Assembly (NCBI GenBank): GCA_965279375.1
Contig: OZ257156.1
Coordinates: forward strand, 1,440,001-1,504,000
Length of the DNA stretch: 64,000 nt
Direction: 5' to 3'
From: Gemmatimonas sp.
GTDB lineage: Bacteria > Gemmatimonadota > Gemmatimonadetes > Gemmatimonadales > Gemmatimonadaceae
The position numbers and the translations under genes were made by a program. Shown one piece after another: positions 39,242-49,138 of this stretch. The first letter of the stretch is position 1, and the number at the start of each line of letters is the position of its first letter. A model generated the notes under the pieces. The model did no database searches. It worked only from the letters and a program-made list of their open reading frames with translations, and was not told where the DNA came from.

Positions 39242-41236
39242 ATGTCGCGTGCAATGCGCTGTTCCGTCGTAGTTCTTGCACTCTCGGCGGCCGCTTCCGC
39301 GCTGCCGGCGCAAACGCCGCTCACCGTCGGTCGCAGCGTGCGCGGCACGCTCGCGCGCGGAGATACAGCGCGCTACCAGGTCACCGCCGATTCGGCCAGC
39401 ATCCTTCGTGTGAGCGTCGATCAGCTCTCCGCGAATGTACAGCTGCTCGTGCGCGGTCCCAGAGGGAGCGTGCTGCGCGCCGTGAATGCGTCGCCACGCG
39501 GCATGGAACAGTTGCAGCTGGAGATCACGCAGAAGGGCGTGCACCAATTGCAGGTAGTGCCGGTGGATTCGTCCACGGGCGAGTTCGCGATCACGCTCAT
39601 GGCGCGTGAAGCGCTATCGACAGATCCACGCAAGCTCGCCGATCAACTGTTGGCACCATGGGATCGGCGTGATGCACCCGGTGCTGCGGTTGCGGTGTGG
39701 CGTGGTGGCAAGACGCTGTTCGCCAAAGGCTACGGTATGGCCAACCTGGCCTACGACATTCCGTTCACCGCCACCACGCCAACCAACATCGGCTCCACAT
39801 CCAAACAGTTCACTGCATTCGCGGTGATGCTGCTGGTGGACGAGGGCAAGCTGTCGCTCGACGACGATGTGCGAAAGTACATCCCCGAGCTTCCCGATCT
39901 CGGCAAGACGGTCACCGTGCGGAATTTGCTCACGCACACCACCGGCTATCGTGAGATCTACAACGCGCTGCTGCTTGGCGCGCGTCGTTTCGACGAGGGC
40001 GACTTCGTCAGTCGAAATGAGATGATCTCCATCGTGCAGCATCAGCCCGCGTTGCAGAATGTGCCGGGCACCGAGTTCAACTACAACAACACGTCATTCG
40101 CGCTCGCTTCCATGATCGTGGAGCGCGTGTCGAAACAGCCCTTCCCCGAGTTCATGGCCAAGCGCGTCTTCGGCCCGCTCGGCATGACACACACGATGGT
40201 ACGTGCGGACAGACACGCCACGGTTCGTGGAGCGACGGTGGGCTATTCGCGCGCCGACAACGGTGAGTGGCGCGACCTCGGCGATCTTGCGTCGTCGATG
40301 GGCGCTGGCGGCATCTACACCACTCTTGGTGATCTGCAACGCTGGGTGGAGAACTACGCCGCACCGCGCGTTGGCAGCTCCAAGAGCATCGCACAGATGA
40401 TGACGCCCTTCACGCTCGCAAACGGCAAATCCACGGGCTACGGTTTCGGTCTCTTTATCGATACCCAGGGACCTCTCAAGCGCGTGCAGCACGGCGGCGC
40501 AGACGTCTCGCACCGTTCGATGCTCGCGTACTATCCCGAGATCAACGCCGGCGTGACCGTACAGAGCAACGACGGTGCGTTTGCATCGGGAATCGCGTTC
40601 CGCATCGCGGAGGCGTTCTTCCCCGAGCTCAGGCCCAAGGCCACGGCCGCCGTGGCGTTCGATCCGGCGACGTACGATGTGAAGAAGTTCGATCAGTTCG
40701 TCGGACGCTATGCGCTGGATCTCGCGCCGCAGTTCGTCCTGACGTTCAAGCGCTCCGCTGATTCACTGATCGCACAGGCAACGGGGCAGCCGCCCTTCGC
40801 AATCGCGCCCACATCGGATTCGACGTTCGCAATCAAGGTGGTGCAGGCATCGATCACCTTCCATCGCGACGCGCAGGGCAAGGTCACCGGACTGACGCTG
40901 CACCAGAACGGCGATCAGAAGGCCACGCGACTGGCCGGTGAGCCGGAGCAGGCATGGGCGCCCAGTGCCGCGGAACTGGCCTCGTACGCGGGACGCTATT
41001 TCAGCGAGGAGCTGGAGACGTTCTACGAGATCTCGATTAAGGCGGGGAAGCTCACGGTCACCAATCGCCGGCTCGACCCGCTCATCTTCGTTCCGCGCTC
41101 CAAGGAGACGTTTGCCGGAACTGGCGATGCGGCGGAGATCACGTTCGCGTTCGAGCGCGACCGCGGCGGTCAGGTGATCGCGTTGTACGCAGGGAACGGG
41201 CGATCGCGCGACATTCGATTCGCGCGCGTTCGCTAG
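39242..41236 (+). CDS. Secreted beta-lactamase-family serine hydrolase with N-terminal PPC-like and C-terminal DUF3471-like domains
   Basis: STSK (SxxK), LLTHTTG, YNN, HGG. Confidence 0.85.
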   Translation: MSRAMRCSVVVLALSAAASALPAQTPLTVGRSVRGTLARGDTARYQVTADSASILRVSVDQLSANVQLLVRGPRGSVLRAVNASPRGMEQLQLEITQKGVHQLQVVPVDSSTGEFAITLMAREALSTDPRKLADQLLAPWDRRDAPGAAVAVWRGGKTLFAKGYGMANLAYDIPFTATTPTNIGSTSKQFTAFAVMLLVDEGKLSLDDDVRKYIPELPDLGKTVTVRNLLTHTTGYREIYNALLLGARRFDEGDFVSRNEMISIVQHQPALQNVPGTEFNYNNTSFALASMIVERVSKQPFPEFMAKRVFGPLGMTHTMVRADRHATVRGATVGYSRADNGEWRDLGDLASSMGAGGIYTTLGDLQRWVENYAAPRVGSSKSIAQMMTPFTLANGKSTGYGFGLFIDTQGPLKRVQHGGADVSHRSMLAYYPEINAGVTVQSNDGAFASGIAFRIAEAFFPELRPKATAAVAFDPATYDVKKFDQFVGRYALDLAPQFVLTFKRSADSLIAQATGQPPFAIAPTSDSTFAIKVVQASITFHRDAQGKVTGLTLHQNGDQKATRLAGEPEQAWAPSAAELASYAGRYFSEELETFYEISIKAGKLTVTNRRLDPLIFVPRSKETFAGTGDAAEITFAFERDRGGQVIALYAGNGRSRDIRFARVR

Positions 41237-41754
41237 TGGTCGTACTCGAACCGTATCGCGCCGAGTGGGCCACGTATTTCGCGCAGGAGGCTGACGAAGT
41301 ACGCATCGCACTCGGCGAGGTGCTGCTGGAGCTCCATCACATAGGCAGTACGGCGATTCCAGGTATCGTTGCCAAGCCGATCATCGACATGCTGGCCGTG
41401 GTACTTGATGTCGCGCTGCTCGACCGCCACGCGGCGGCGTTGGTGGCGTTGGGGTACGAGTTCAAGGGCGAGTTCGGCATTCCCGGGCGACGCTACTTTC
41501 GCAAGGACGACGCAACCGGAGTGCGAACGCACCATCTGCATGCGTTCGCCGTTGGGTCCATCGAAGTTGAAAGGCATTTGCGATTTCGTGACTATCTGCG
41601 TGCGCATCCGGCCGATGCGCAGGCCTACGCGTCACTCAAGCGTGAGCTCGCACTACGCTGTGCTGGCGACGGCACCGCCTACACCGATGGCAAATCCGAA
41701 TTCATCGCGAACATCGACCAGAGAGCCACACTGTGGCGAACCACACATGAGTAG
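41236..41754 (+). CDS. GrpB/UPF0157-family protein
   Basis: HIGSTAIPG..AKPIID, FRDYLRAHP.....Y..LK, YT.GK..F. Confidence 0.88.
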   Translation: MVVLEPYRAEWATYFAQEADEVRIALGEVLLELHHIGSTAIPGIVAKPIIDMLAVVLDVALLDRHAAALVALGYEFKGEFGIPGRRYFRKDDATGVRTHHLHAFAVGSIEVERHLRFRDYLRAHPADAQAYASLKRELALRCAGDGTAYTDGKSEFIANIDQRATLWRTTHE

Positions 41755-42553
41755 CGCCAACGACGAAACGATTCGCTTCGACAACGGCAGCAACTACGAA
41801 CGCTTCATGGGACAATGGAGTCAGGCGGTCGGCGCGCAGTTTCTCGACTGGTTGTCGTTGCCCGCTTCGCTCCGTTGGCTCGACGTCGGTTGTGGCAACG
41901 GTGCATTCACGGAGTTATGTGTCGCACGTCAGGCACCATCCAGCATCGCGGGCGTCGACCCGTCCGACGATCAGCTGGTGTATGCGCGCATGCGACCGGC
42001 GTTGCGTGCCGCTGATCTACGCCAGGGCGATGCGATGGCCCTGCCCTTCGCTGCCGCGACGTTCGACGTCGCGGTGATGCCGCTGGTCATCTTCTTCGTG
42101 CCGGACCCCGCCAAGGGCGTCGCCGAGATGGTGCGTGTCGTCGCGCCGGGCGGAGATGTCAGCGCGTACGCGTGGGATATGGAAGGTGGCGGCTTTCCGT
42201 ACGCGCAGTTCCACGCACAGATGCGCGAACTCGGGTTGCCGGTACCCATGCCGCCGCATCCCGAAGCGTCACGACTCGATGTGCTGGAGTCGTTGTGGGC
42301 CGCCGCCGGGCTCGAGCAGATCGAAACGTGCGCGATTGAAGTGGAGCGCACGTTCGAGAACTTTGACGACTATTGGAGCACCGTGCGCGCGGGGCCGAGC
42401 GCCGCGCCCGGGCTCAGGGCAGCGGCGTCTGACGTATTGGAGACGCTGCGCGATCGGATGCGTGCGCTGTTTCCGACGGACGAGCACGGACGAATCACGT
42501 ACGCGGCTCGTGCGCACGCCGTGCGCGGATGTGTGCGTCGCTCACCACGATAA
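41747..42553 (+). CDS. Class I SAM-dependent methyltransferase
   Basis: YERFMG.WS, WLDVGCGNG, GDA.ALPF, PGG...AY.WD. Confidence 0.88.
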   Translation: MSSANDETIRFDNGSNYERFMGQWSQAVGAQFLDWLSLPASLRWLDVGCGNGAFTELCVARQAPSSIAGVDPSDDQLVYARMRPALRAADLRQGDAMALPFAAATFDVAVMPLVIFFVPDPAKGVAEMVRVVAPGGDVSAYAWDMEGGGFPYAQFHAQMRELGLPVPMPPHPEASRLDVLESLWAAAGLEQIETCAIEVERTFENFDDYWSTVRAGPSAAPGLRAAASDVLETLRDRMRALFPTDEHGRITYAARAHAVRGCVRRSPR

Positions 42554-42569
42554 CGACACCGGCGCACGT

Positions 42570-42986
42570 TCAAACAGCATCGACGGACGACGCTGCAGCA
42601 CCCAGTAGATCCCAGCGATTGCCCGCGACGTCGCGAAACACGGCGACCTGGCCATACGCCTCCGTGCGTGGTGGCGATACGAACTCCACACCGGCCGCGA
42701 GAAGCCGCGCGTACGACGCGCTGAAGTCGTCCACGCGCAGGAAGAAGCCTACGCGTCCTGCGACCTGCTGCCCGATTGCAGCTGCCTGCTCGTCCCCATC
42801 AGCACGGGAGAGCAGCAGGCCGGTGACACCGCCAGCAGGCCGCACGACAACCCATCGCTTCGGGCGACCGTCATTGGTGCGTGAAGGCACGTCGTCGACC
42901 AGCTCGAACTGGAGCACGCGTACGAAGAAGTCGATCGCGATGTCGTAGTCGCGGACGATTAGTGTGACGAGTTCCAAATGTGCCAC
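42570..42986 (-). CDS. VOC/glyoxalase-family protein
   Basis: V.DYD.AI.FF...L.F.L..D, KRWV.V.P, G.Q..GRV.FFL..DDF, YG.VAVF.D..GN.WDL. Confidence 0.85.
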   Translation of the reverse strand: MAHLELVTLIVRDYDIAIDFFVRVLQFELVDDVPSRTNDGRPKRWVVVRPAGGVTGLLLSRADGDEQAAAIGQQVAGRVGFFLRVDDFSASYARLLAAGVEFVSPPRTEAYGQVAVFRDVAGNRWDLLGAAASSVDAV

Positions 42987-43030
42987 GCGCGTACTCCCGT
43001 CGGTGTGTGCTGCATCGTGTTGTGCTGACA

Positions 43031-43921
43031 CTACATCCTGGGCAGCCACATGCCCATCGTTGCGCCAAAGATGCCACCTGCTGTCGCAACGGACAGCACA
43101 ACCATCGCACCTGCCATGGCATAGCGCACGATCGGCCGCGGGCTCCTCGTCGCACGCAGCCACAGCTCGAGCACCGCGAAGGGCAGCAGAAACTGAAGCC
43201 ACGCGAGCGCCGTGAGGAATGGCCCCTCGAACGTCTTTGCGTCGAATCCGACCGGACGTCGGAAGATCACGAGCGACAGCATCAGACCGATGCGGAAGAA
43301 CCAGACCCCGTTCGACAGCAAGTACAATCGAAGCGCCCACTGCCGGTGCTCGGCGACACGCTGCGCACGCGCGGAGCGCCAGGCGACAACCGCGCACCAG
43401 ACGATTGCGATTCCGTTTGCCGACGTGCCAAGACTGCGGAGCGAGCCGCCGCTCCCGCCGCGCACCCACACGAGATACAGACCGCTGATGGTGCCGATGA
43501 TTGCGGCCAGCATGAAGGTGCGTCCCGTCCAGCGATGCACGGCAGGGGCGTGTCGCCGAACCCACGGCACGAGCTGAATGCCACCGCCGATGCAGATCAG
43601 CACCGCCACGAGCACATGCGCGACGACGGACGCATTGCCTACATGATCTCCGGCCACCCAACCGCGAGGCATCACACTGCTCCAGGCGGACATGTTGCCA
43701 GACGCCGCGGATCCACCGTAGAAGCGCAGCACGTACGCCGCGAAGATGAGCTGGCCGAGTACCGCCACGGCGACCCACAGCACAGTCGCGAGCTGCAGGG
43801 CGCGTCGCGCACTACGCAGCGGATCCGGCGCCGACGCGGAGAAACCCGCGCTGGTCTGGAGCGTAGGGAGGGGGCGATCGGTATTCACGATCGTACTGAC
43901 GTTCGGACTCACATTGGTCAT
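43031..43921 (-). CDS. DUF2306 membrane protein
   Basis: Multiple TM helices; Q..P..RR..PA.HRW.GR, H..WALR. Confidence 0.8.
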   Translation of the reverse strand: MTNVSPNVSTIVNTDRPLPTLQTSAGFSASAPDPLRSARRALQLATVLWVAVAVLGQLIFAAYVLRFYGGSAASGNMSAWSSVMPRGWVAGDHVGNASVVAHVLVAVLICIGGGIQLVPWVRRHAPAVHRWTGRTFMLAAIIGTISGLYLVWVRGGSGGSLRSLGTSANGIAIVWCAVVAWRSARAQRVAEHRQWALRLYLLSNGVWFFRIGLMLSLVIFRRPVGFDAKTFEGPFLTALAWLQFLLPFAVLELWLRATRSPRPIVRYAMAGAMVVLSVATAGGIFGATMGMWLPRM

Positions 43922-44047
43922 GTCGTCCCTGGTAGCGAAGTCACGCTGAGGCTACCACCGTCGCACGGACGCTCGCATGATCCGCGGCTTCATTCTCTTG
44001 ATCGTGCGATTCGTTTCGAACCGTCCCTCCACAGTCGGCCCTGCCTC

Positions 44048-45076
44048 GTGAACATCCCCACTGTGCCGGCCAGCATGGCGAACGCGCTCTTTGGCTTCGC
44101 GGTCGATCGCGGAGCATCGCCACAGTCATTGCTGGATGCCGCGAATCTCACGACGGAATCGCTCGGCAAGAGCGACGGTCGCATCTCGCTGGAGCAGTAC
44201 ATGACGCTCATGCGCACGGCCGAGGTGCACTGTGCCGATCCCGCGCTGGCGCTGCATTTTGCGCTATGCGTCGGCGCGATGGAGGTGAGCGTCGTTTGTC
44301 TCATCGGGAGTACCTGCGAGACGATGGCCGACGCGGTGGCGCATCTGAATCGCTACTGTCGCCTGACACTGGATGTGGCGAGCAAGCACGGCGGCGATCC
44401 GTTCATCACCGAGCAGACGTCCGATGGGACGTGGTTGATCGACGACCGTCTGTATCCACCTCAATGCCATCAGATGACGGCGTGCACACTCCTTCGAAAA
44501 GTGGTGGGCACGCGCCAGCTCACTTCGCAGCGCTTCGTGCGCGCCGTGCACTTCGTCCACGTTGAACCGATTCCGGGGGCGGACTACGAAGCGCTCTTTG
44601 GTGCGCCGGTGCACTTCGGCATGTCACGCAATGCGATGCTGATGGATCCGGCGTGGTTCGATCTGCGCGTTCGCGTGTCACCAGCATATGTGAGTCCGAT
44701 TCTGATCGAGCATGCCGATCGACTGTTGCGATCGCTGTCAGACACACAATCCACGCGCGGGCGCGTTGCGGCGGCGATTGGAGAGCGCCTCGGCCACGAC
44801 GGCGCCAGCATGATCAGCGTCGCTCGCCATCTTGCCGTCAGCCGCGCTACGCTCTATCGCGCGCTGCAGCAGGAAGGGACGACGTTCGCGCGCGTTCTCG
44901 ACGAAGTGCGTCGTGACAAGGCCATGCATCGGCTGTCGACGGGCGGATCCACCGTGCAGCAAGTGGCGCACGAAACCGGATTCTCGGAGCCGGCGGCGTT
45001 CTCTCGCGCATTCAAGCGTTGGACCGGTGAGACGCCGCTCGGCTATCGCGCGCTGTGTCGGGTAAACGGGCGGTAA
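44048..45076 (+). CDS. AraC-family regulator (Arabinose_bd_2-type N-domain + HTH)
   Basis: C-terminal VA..L..S..TL.R.L..EGT.F...LD..R, GFSE..AF.RAFKRW.G.TP; divergent from the DUF2306 gene. Confidence 0.88.
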   Translation: MNIPTVPASMANALFGFAVDRGASPQSLLDAANLTTESLGKSDGRISLEQYMTLMRTAEVHCADPALALHFALCVGAMEVSVVCLIGSTCETMADAVAHLNRYCRLTLDVASKHGGDPFITEQTSDGTWLIDDRLYPPQCHQMTACTLLRKVVGTRQLTSQRFVRAVHFVHVEPIPGADYEALFGAPVHFGMSRNAMLMDPAWFDLRVRVSPAYVSPILIEHADRLLRSLSDTQSTRGRVAAAIGERLGHDGASMISVARHLAVSRATLYRALQQEGTTFARVLDEVRRDKAMHRLSTGGSTVQQVAHETGFSEPAAFSRAFKRWTGETPLGYRALCRVNGR

Positions 45077-45094
45077 GTCAGGCGACGACGCAAC

Positions 45095-46351
45095 TCACGT
45101 CACCGCCTGACGCACCTGATACTGCGGCTCTCGCCAGACTTCGGTTCGCAGCACCTCTTCAAGAATGTCCACAGCGCGCGCGATGTCAGCGAAGCGCAAA
45201 TACAGCGGCGTCAGACCGAATCGCATAACATCGGGCGCACGGAAATCACCGATGACGCCGCGCGCAATCAGCGCCTGCATGACGGCGTACGCATCCGGGT
45301 GACGGAAGGACACATGACTTCCGCGTGGCGCTCCGGCCGGCGGCCCAACCAGCGACAGGCCATACGGCGCGCATCGCGTCGCCACGAGATCGATCAGTAG
45401 CGTCGCAAGCGCGCGTGACTTCTCGGCGATCTGCTGCATGTCCACCTCGAGATGCAGATCGACACCGCTCTCGAGTGCCGCAAAGGCGAGAATTGGCGGC
45501 GTGCCGCAGAGGAATCGGTCGGCGCCGGACGCTGCTTCGTACTGGTCCACGAACGCAAACGGACGCGCGTGACCCAGCCACCCGCCCAACGGCGAGTGCA
45601 GTGAGCCGTGATGCCGCTCGGCCACATACAGGAACGCCGGCGCTCCGGGACCACCGTTGAGAAACTTGTAACCACACCCGACGGCCAGATCCGCGTTGCA
45701 TGCGTTCAGCTCGAGCGGCACCGCGCCGACGCTGTGGCTCAGGTCCCAGAGCATCAAGGCGCCGCGCGCATGCGCTGCACGCGTCATGGCGGCCATGTCG
45801 AACATGTCTGCGGTCTTGTAGTGCACGTGTGTCAGCAGCACGAGCGCTGTGTCGTCGTCGATGCGCGACGCGAGTTCCTCGCGTGGCGCCAGCACGAGTC
45901 GATGCCGTCCGCCGAGCGAGGCGATCGCGGACTCGATCATGTATAGGTCGGTCGGAAAGTTGCCGGGCTCCGACAGCACTACGTGTCGCGCTGGCTGCGC
46001 ACGGAGCGCCGACATGATGAGCTTGTACAGATTCACTGACGTCGAGTCGGCAGCGATCACTTCGTGCGGGAGTGCACCGATGAGCGACGAGATCTTTGCG
46101 CCGACGCGTTGCGGCGCGCGAATCCAGTCAGCGCTGTTCCAGCTGCGGATGAGTCCCTGTCCCCATTCCTGCTGCAGCACACTGGCAACGCGCGCCGCCG
46201 TCGCCTTGGGCAATGCGCCGAGTGAATTGCCGTCGAGGTAGATCACGCCATCCGGGATGTCGAATCGGTCGCGGTAGTTGCCAAGCGGGTCGGCGGCGTC
46301 GAGTGCGGTAATGCGCTCAGCGGAATGCGAGTCGAGAGGCGTGGCGGTCAT
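45095..46351 (-). CDS. kynU: Kynureninase
   Basis: IYLDGNSLG, DSTSVNL, NFPTDLY, WDLSHS.G, GCGYKFLNGGPG, GTP.I, RGSHVS, GDFR.P. Confidence 0.95.
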   Translation of the reverse strand: MTATPLDSHSAERITALDAADPLGNYRDRFDIPDGVIYLDGNSLGALPKATAARVASVLQQEWGQGLIRSWNSADWIRAPQRVGAKISSLIGALPHEVIAADSTSVNLYKLIMSALRAQPARHVVLSEPGNFPTDLYMIESAIASLGGRHRLVLAPREELASRIDDDTALVLLTHVHYKTADMFDMAAMTRAAHARGALMLWDLSHSVGAVPLELNACNADLAVGCGYKFLNGGPGAPAFLYVAERHHGSLHSPLGGWLGHARPFAFVDQYEAASGADRFLCGTPPILAFAALESGVDLHLEVDMQQIAEKSRALATLLIDLVATRCAPYGLSLVGPPAGAPRGSHVSFRHPDAYAVMQALIARGVIGDFRAPDVMRFGLTPLYLRFADIARAVDILEEVLRTEVWREPQYQVRQAVT

Positions 46352-46507
46352 GCGGCCGTCGGGGCGAAGAGATGGAATGGAACTGCGCTGCAGGTGCGTC
46401 GGTGTCAGGAGGAGTGTATGATATGCGCGGCCGACAGGACATTCGGGAGCCGTTCGGAGCTTCCGACGAGGGCGGGTCGCGTCGGGAACACGATACGGTG
46501 AGGGCTG

Positions 46508-47059
46508 GTGTCAACGCGATACGTGGCGCTGTTGCGCGGAATCAATGTCGGAGGGCATCGCGTGGCGATGTCCGATCTGCGGGCGCACATGGAGGCGCTC
46601 GGCTTTCGTGACGTCTCGACGTTCATCGCCAGTGGCAACGTCATCTTCTCCTCGCCGACGCGCCAGAAGCCGGCGGCGCTCGAACGCGTGATCGAAGCGC
46701 ATCTTGAACAGGCTCTGGGCTACGCGGTACCGACGTTCCTGCGGACGCCCGCAGAGTTGATGGCTGTGGACGCGCATCGCCCGTTTTCCGCCGTCGACTC
46801 GGAGGCCATAGGCCACACCGTGCACGTCGCGTTTCTTCGCGACACGCCCGCGCCGTCGCTGGCGACGGTACTGCGTGCTCACGAGACGGAGCGCGATCTG
46901 TTTGCCGTGCATGGTCGCGAGTTCTACTGGCTCGTGCGCGGGAAGTCGTTGGAGACGTTGGTGCCGTGGGCGAAGCTCGAGAAGCAGCTGCGTCTGGAGA
47001 CGACCATGCGCAATCGCACCTCGATTGCCAAACTCGCCGCCGTGTTAGCGAAGGGCTGA
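46508..47059 (+). CDS. DUF1697 protein
   Basis: YVALLRGINVGG...M..L, TFIASGNV.F, T.RN..S..K. Confidence 0.9.
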   Translation: MSTRYVALLRGINVGGHRVAMSDLRAHMEALGFRDVSTFIASGNVIFSSPTRQKPAALERVIEAHLEQALGYAVPTFLRTPAELMAVDAHRPFSAVDSEAIGHTVHVAFLRDTPAPSLATVLRAHETERDLFAVHGREFYWLVRGKSLETLVPWAKLEKQLRLETTMRNRTSIAKLAAVLAKG

Positions 47060-47063
47060 ACGA

Positions 47064-47336
47064 ATGGCACTCGGTGGATCGTTCCGCGCAACGTTGTTTC
47101 GCTATCCAGGCAAGGGCGGCTGGACTTTTGCGCCTGTGCCGGAGCGCTACGCGCCGCCGGTGACGCACGGCTGGGGGCGCACACCCGTCGAAGCGACTGT
47201 AGATGGGCACACGTGGGAGACGAGCGTTTGGCGCGGAAAAGACGGTCGCACGCTGTTGGCAGTGCCCAAGGAAGTGCGTGGCATGAAGGGCGACGGCGAT
47301 GTGGTGGCGGTGACGCTCACCTTTCGATCGTTGTAA
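47064..47336 (+). CDS. DUF1905 protein
   Basis: F.A.L....GKGGWTF, GR.PV.ATVDG..W.TS, L.VPK.VR, GD.V.V. Confidence 0.85.
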   Translation: MALGGSFRATLFRYPGKGGWTFAPVPERYAPPVTHGWGRTPVEATVDGHTWETSVWRGKDGRTLLAVPKEVRGMKGDGDVVAVTLTFRSL

Positions 47337-47359
47337 GTCTCACAACGGAGGACCCAGCA

Positions 47360-49081
47360 ATGCGAGTAGACGCTGTGAACGGTCGCCGTATGTACGCGCG
47401 CGCTGTCGCGGTTGCGATGGCACTGGTACTGGGCGCCGCCGTACTTGCGGCGATGCCATCGGGTGAGCCGCGGCGCGCGACCGATGCGAGAGCCGCCACG
47501 GCTGATTCCGTGCCGCTCTGGACTGGACTTGGTGATCACCATCATCCGATCACCACGCGCTCAACGCTCGCGCAGCGGTACTTCGAGCAGGGTCTCAATC
47601 TGGCGTTCGCGTTCAATCACCCCGATGCGGTCCGCAGCTTCCGCAAAGCGCAGGAGCTCGATGACCGCTGCGCGATGTGCTACTGGGGCGAGGCGTTTGC
47701 GCTGGGGCCGAACATCAACATGCTGATGGATTCGGCGTCGGGCGTGGCGGCGTATGCGGCGGCGCAGCGCGCGCAGGCGCTTTCCGATGCCGTGACGCCA
47801 GTTGAGCGCGCGTACATCGGCGCGTTGGCCGCACGGTACACGACCACGCCCATGCTGGCGCGCAAGTCGCTCGATACGGCGTATGCGCGAGCGATGGCGA
47901 GAGTGGCGCAGCGTTATCCACGGGATGTCGATGCCGCAGTGCTGTACGCGGAATCCGAAATGCTGCTCGGGCCGTGGGACTATTGGCTCCCAGGCAAGCA
48001 GGCGAAGCCGCACGGTGCACGGGCCGTCGCGGCGCTCACGCAGGCCGTCGCGCGTGATCCACGTCATGCCGGAGCGTGTCACTACTACATCCACGCTGTC
48101 GAGGCGGCATATCCTGCGCGCGCCGTTGCGTGCGCCGAACGCCTGCCAACGCTGATGCCGGGCGCAGGACACGTGGTGCACATGCCGGGGCACATCTACA
48201 TCCGCGTTGGGCGGTACGCCGACGCGATTGCGCGCAACGTTCATGCGCTGCATGCGGATGAAGACCACATCGCGGACATGCCTGCGGATGGCGTGTATCG
48301 GCTGGCGCTGCATCCGCACAATGCGCACTTCCTCGCGTTTGCCGCGTCGATGATCGGTCGGTCAGCAGAAGCGCTGGACGCCGCGAGGCAGACGCGCGCC
48401 AAGGTGGACACGTCGATGCTGCGCGCGCCGGGATTGGGTGCCCTCCAGCACTACTATATGCTGCCGACGCTCGCGATGGTGCGCTTCGCGAGATGGGACG
48501 ACGTGCTGTCCGTTCCGCCGCCGCCGGAGGATTTGCCGTATCCGCGCGCACTCAGGCACTACGCACGGGTTATGGCCTTTTCCGCGCGCAACGAGCCGGA
48601 GAACGCGAAGGTGGAATTGCGCGAGCTGCGGAGAATGCGCGCCGACGAACGCGTGAAGTCGGTCACGCTCTGGGACATCAATCCCGCGTCATCGCTGTTG
48701 GAGATCGCGGACCTCGTCGCCGAGTCAGAGATTGCAGCGGCGAGTGGCAATGTTGCAGGGGCGCTCGATCTGCTGCAGCGGGCCGTCGCGCGCGAGGACG
48801 CGCTCACGTACGACGAGCCTCCGCCCTGGCATCTCCCGGTGCGGCAACAGTGGGGCGCGCTGCTGCTGCGCGTTGGTCGCGCGCGCGAGGCGGAACGGGC
48901 GTTCCGTCAGGATCTGGAGCGTCATCCCGAGAATGGCTGGTCGCTCGCCGGATTGGCTGCCAGTCTACGCGCTCAGGGGCGACGGACGGAAAGCGCGGCG
49001 GCTGAAGCACGGTTTCGGCGCGCGTGGTCTACAGCCGATGTGCCGGCACCGGTATTCACCGCGGGCGCTGCGGCTCTATGA
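47360..49081 (+). CDS. Exported TPR-repeat protein with conserved His/Met motifs
   Basis: AQ.YF.QG....AFNH, WG.A.ALGPNIN, H.GA.HYYIH, GH.VHMP.HIY.RVG.Y, Y.EPP.W..P.R, P.NGWSL.GL. Confidence 0.75.
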   Translation: MRVDAVNGRRMYARAVAVAMALVLGAAVLAAMPSGEPRRATDARAATADSVPLWTGLGDHHHPITTRSTLAQRYFEQGLNLAFAFNHPDAVRSFRKAQELDDRCAMCYWGEAFALGPNINMLMDSASGVAAYAAAQRAQALSDAVTPVERAYIGALAARYTTTPMLARKSLDTAYARAMARVAQRYPRDVDAAVLYAESEMLLGPWDYWLPGKQAKPHGARAVAALTQAVARDPRHAGACHYYIHAVEAAYPARAVACAERLPTLMPGAGHVVHMPGHIYIRVGRYADAIARNVHALHADEDHIADMPADGVYRLALHPHNAHFLAFAASMIGRSAEALDAARQTRAKVDTSMLRAPGLGALQHYYMLPTLAMVRFARWDDVLSVPPPPEDLPYPRALRHYARVMAFSARNEPENAKVELRELRRMRADERVKSVTLWDINPASSLLEIADLVAESEIAAASGNVAGALDLLQRAVAREDALTYDEPPPWHLPVRQQWGALLLRVGRAREAERAFRQDLERHPENGWSLAGLAASLRAQGRRTESAAAEARFRRAWSTADVPAPVFTAGAAAL

Positions 49082-49138
49082 CGGGTGCCTCCGCATCACA
49101 AGTGCATCCGTTGTCGACCGTTTGACGAAGTCTGTAGC

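Noticed and set aside
42570..45076. Apparent long fusion ORFs (402 aa minus; 698 aa plus) in the ORF track
   Set aside because: Upstream extensions overlap the DUF2306 gene; real VOC and AraC domains begin near 42986 and 44048
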